From Candidatus Uhrbacteria bacterium (GTDB lineage Bacteria > Patescibacteriota > Patescibacteriia > JACRJV01), in assembly GCA_016215325.1 (NCBI GenBank), contig JACRJV010000019.1, positions 9,959 to 73,958 on the forward strand: 64,000 nt of DNA. The letters run 5' to 3'. The position numbers were made by a program, and so were the translations under genes. Under the pieces are notes generated by a model. That model worked only from the letters and a program-made list of their open reading frames with translations. It did no database searches and had not been told where the DNA came from. How positions within the stretch are numbered: position 1 is the first letter of the stretch; every line of letters starts with the position of its first letter. This document shows positions 61,906-64,000 of this stretch, piece after piece.

Positions 61906-62298
61906 CTAGCGTTTCAGCAGTCGGTATGGGTGTCTCACCGCGGGGGTGAGACCTTCGGCCTTAACGGCCGAGATGATGTCCTTCTCCAGCCACCCCACTG
62001 CGGCCCACCCATCAGGATAAATCACAGCACCGGTGCCAGTGGGGTTGATCTGTTCCCCGAACGGGCTTGACTCCCATCGCACGAGCCATTCCCCATCCCT
62101 GCCCTTAATCTGGAAACGCCCCGTGCAAAAGGTGATTGGTATCATCACCTTTTCACTCGTCCAAACGCTTACGCCCTCCTCCTCGCCGATGGCCAAGGTA
62201 TGCTGATAGTCGAGGTTGGCCAATGTTGGGTAGCAGACCCCCTGGCCTCCGACTCTGTCAAACCTCAAAACCGATCCCTCGGATGGCTTCACAAACAT
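61906..62298 (-). CDS. hypothetical protein on GC-rich DNA
   Basis: 130-aa ORF with coherent composition and no motif recognised. Confidence 0.35.
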   Translation of the reverse strand: MFVKPSEGSVLRFDRVGGQGVCYPTLANLDYQHTLAIGEEEGVSVWTSEKVMIPITFCTGRFQIKGRDGEWLVRWESSPFGEQINPTGTGAVIYPDGWAAVGWLEKDIISAVKAEGLTPAVRHPYRLLKR

Positions 62299-62399
62299 GA
62301 TTGAATCCTCCAATTGTCAGCGTTCGTGCCTTGACCAGAACGCGGTAGCATAGTATACTCTAAATGAGTGGTCAATATCGCCACGTGGTGATTAGTAGC

Positions 62400-62459
62400 A
62401 CCTTATTACGAGCAAGATAAGCGAGATAAGCAAGACAAGTAAATTAAGCACGACATGCT
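62400..62459. repeat. Left inverted repeat flanking the 4HB gene (AAGATAAGCGAGATAAGCAAGACAAGTAAATTAAGC)
   Basis: Its reverse complement is found at 62836-62882. Confidence 0.6.
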
Positions 62460-62834
62460 ATGGGAAACATTCATTCATTCCGCGACCTTTTAGTCTGGCA
62501 AAAAGCACACCAGTTGGTGCTGGAAATATATCGTCTTACCAAGAAATTCCCTTCGAACGAAATGTTTGGCTTAGTCTCTCAGATCCGTAGGGCCACAGTC
62601 TCCGTTGCTTCCAACATCGTAGAAGGCTTTAACCGCTCCAGTGTTCAAGACAGTCTGCATTTCTACACCATGGCCCATGCGTCACTCGAGGAAGTAAAAT
62701 ATCAGCTGCTCGTCGCCCGTGACTTGCAGTACATTACTCAACAAGAATACAATCATACACTTTGTTTAGGAGAAGAAGTGAGTAAATTATTGCGATCCTG
62801 GATCAATAGCCAGAAAGAGAATACGAAGGCGTAA
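62460..62834 (+). CDS. four-helix-bundle protein (23S rRNA intervening-sequence protein / Avd family)
   Basis: FRDLLVWQKAHQLVLEIYRLTKKFP...EMFGLVSQIRRATVSVASNIVEGF...HFYTMAHASLEEVKYQLLVARDL is the classic family pattern. Confidence 0.85.
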   Translation: MGNIHSFRDLLVWQKAHQLVLEIYRLTKKFPSNEMFGLVSQIRRATVSVASNIVEGFNRSSVQDSLHFYTMAHASLEEVKYQLLVARDLQYITQQEYNHTLCLGEEVSKLLRSWINSQKENTKA

Positions 62835-62835
62835 C

Positions 62836-62882
62836 GGCTTAATTTACTTATCTTGCTTATCTCGCTTAATTTACTTCGTATG
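62836..62882. repeat. Right inverted repeat flanking the 4HB gene (GCTTAATTTACTTATCTTGCTTATCTCGCTTAATTTAC)
   Basis: Near-perfect reverse complement of 62405-62452. Confidence 0.6.
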
Positions 62883-63689
62883 GATTCCCAACTCTTCGAA
62901 CAACTCGGCCTGTCCCCCAACGAGGCCAAGATCTACGAGTCGCTCCTGCAAAACCGGCGGGTGGCTGTCTCGACGATTACGCTCAAGTCCGGAGTACACC
63001 GACGGAATGTGTATGATGCCCTCCAACGCCTGATCGAAAAGGGGTTGGTGTATCGCATTATCGGCGAAGGGGAAAATCGCTTCGAAGCCGTGCACCCGCA
63101 CAAGCTCATGGAAGTAATAAAAGAAAAAGAGCATCGCCTTGACACGGCCATGCCCGAACTTGTGAAGCTCTTTGAAAAAGATGCCTCTAAAGAATCCGTA
63201 GCGATCTATAAAGGCGTTGAAGGATTTAAAAACTATATGCGCGATTTGGTGCGCGTGGCCCAAGACACCTATTTCCTCGGGGCCAAGGCGCTGTGGTACA
63301 GCCCGGGCGTGGACCGCACCTACCTGGATGATTTCGTGCGGGTGTCGAAACAGAAAAAACTCAAGTACAAAACGCTCTACGACCCACGGGTGCCAGAAAA
63401 ATTCCCCCAGGCCCTGAAGAACGTGGGCGGGCAATACAAGATCCTTCCCAGGGGGTACGAAACCACCGGGGTTTTAGATATCTTCGGCGACTATGTGGTG
63501 ACGTTCACCAGCGTGGACGTTGCCAACTTCGGCGAGGATGGCACAATCGTCGTCATGGTCAATAGAGAACTGGCGGAGAGCTACCGCACCTGGTTTAATC
63601 TCATCTGGGATTTATGTCCATCGTTCAATAACTCCATGAGGTCTCGAAGCGCGGGCAACGCCCCTACCCCTTCTTCTCTCGCGTTTTGA
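62853..63689 (+). CDS. TrmB-family HTH transcriptional regulator
   Basis: LFEQLGLSPNEAKIYESLLQNRRVAVSTITLKSGVHRRNVYDALQRLIEKGLV. Confidence 0.7.
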   Translation: MLISLNLLRMDSQLFEQLGLSPNEAKIYESLLQNRRVAVSTITLKSGVHRRNVYDALQRLIEKGLVYRIIGEGENRFEAVHPHKLMEVIKEKEHRLDTAMPELVKLFEKDASKESVAIYKGVEGFKNYMRDLVRVAQDTYFLGAKALWYSPGVDRTYLDDFVRVSKQKKLKYKTLYDPRVPEKFPQALKNVGGQYKILPRGYETTGVLDIFGDYVVTFTSVDVANFGEDGTIVVMVNRELAESYRTWFNLIWDLCPSFNNSMRSRSAGNAPTPSSLAF

Positions 63690-64000
63690 GCAGCACCGCT
63701 GCCAAGGCGGTGCTAATCGGCACAGCCATAATCAGTGTGGCGCTGCCCACCAATGTCCGCACAATCTCCTCTGCCAAAAATTCGCTATTTAAGGTCACCC
63801 ACAGGGGACGGTCTCCTCCCAGCACCAACAGCAAAAACAGCGGGAACGATGCCCCAGCGTAGGCGAGGATCAAGGTATTCACCAGCGACGCAATGTGCTC
63901 GCGTCCCACCGAAAGCCCCCGGCGGTATAATTCCCATGGTTTAAGCCGCGGGTTGGCTTTGGCGATTTCGTCCACCACCGCAGTTTGGCCCGTGGTGATA
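63664..64000 (-). CDS. integral membrane protein, C-terminal part (possibly YibE/F-like); N-terminus beyond window end
   Basis: TM-rich C-terminus ...LILAYAGASFPLFLLLVLG...TLIMAVPISTALAAVLL. Confidence 0.35.
   Translation of the reverse strand, partial: ITTGQTAVVDEIAKANPRLKPWELYRRGLSVGREHIASLVNTLILAYAGASFPLFLLLVLGGDRPLWVTLNSEFLAEEIVRTLVGSATLIMAVPISTALAAVLLKTREKKG

Overview
This 64-kb window is a moderately GC (about 50% by eye) bacterial chromosomal segment, most likely from an uncultivated, streamlined lineage. Supporting this: four TrmB-family HTH regulator paralogs, a 'four-helix-bundle' (23S-IVS/Avd-family) protein, and a 23S-5S rRNA pair with its own sigma70-like promoter and no 16S within 43 kb upstream. 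Core content read from the ORF translations: a partial Phd/YefM antitoxin, tsaD, TerC, DsbA, uvrB, msrA, uvrA and a NitT/TauT-type ABC importer. There is a complete minus-strand aromatic amino-acid 'supraoperon' (aroA-aroK-aroQ-aroE-DAHP synthase-aroB-aroC-pheA-tyrA-chorismate mutase-aminotransferase). There is a complete F1Fo ATP synthase operon (atpZ-B-E-F-H-A-G-D-C). Also present: a B12-binding radical-SAM plus SAM-methyltransferase pair, htrA, trxB, a glutaredoxin-like protein, pgi, tRNA-Glu(TTC) and tRNA-Gly(TCC). An accessory stretch runs from about 51.5 to 62.9 kb. It holds a strongly GC-rich secreted-protein gene, an unknown 344-aa protein, a primase-polymerase(AEP)-like::SF2-helicase fusion, an HTH-Fic protein, a PLD/cardiolipin-synthase-like protein, HU, RmuC, an AbiEii-like toxin, two GC-rich hypotheticals and a 4HB gene flanked by 40-bp inverted repeats. 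The most unusual property of the window is a swarm of short (about 30-120 bp) low-complexity, largely palindromic repeat elements. They fill almost every intercistronic spacer of the aro and atp operons. They also sit IN FRAME inside essential genes: four in tsaD, one in uvrB and one in uvrA. This is reminiscent of Rickettsia palindromic elements and REP/BIME-type elements. Other notable points are a beta-carbonic-anhydrase-like gene broken at a G7 homopolymer next to a paralog-like CxDGR protein, conserved palindromic operators upstream of the TrmB paralogs, and a domain-I expansion in the 23S rRNA. GC values are eyeball estimates; no database searches were run.
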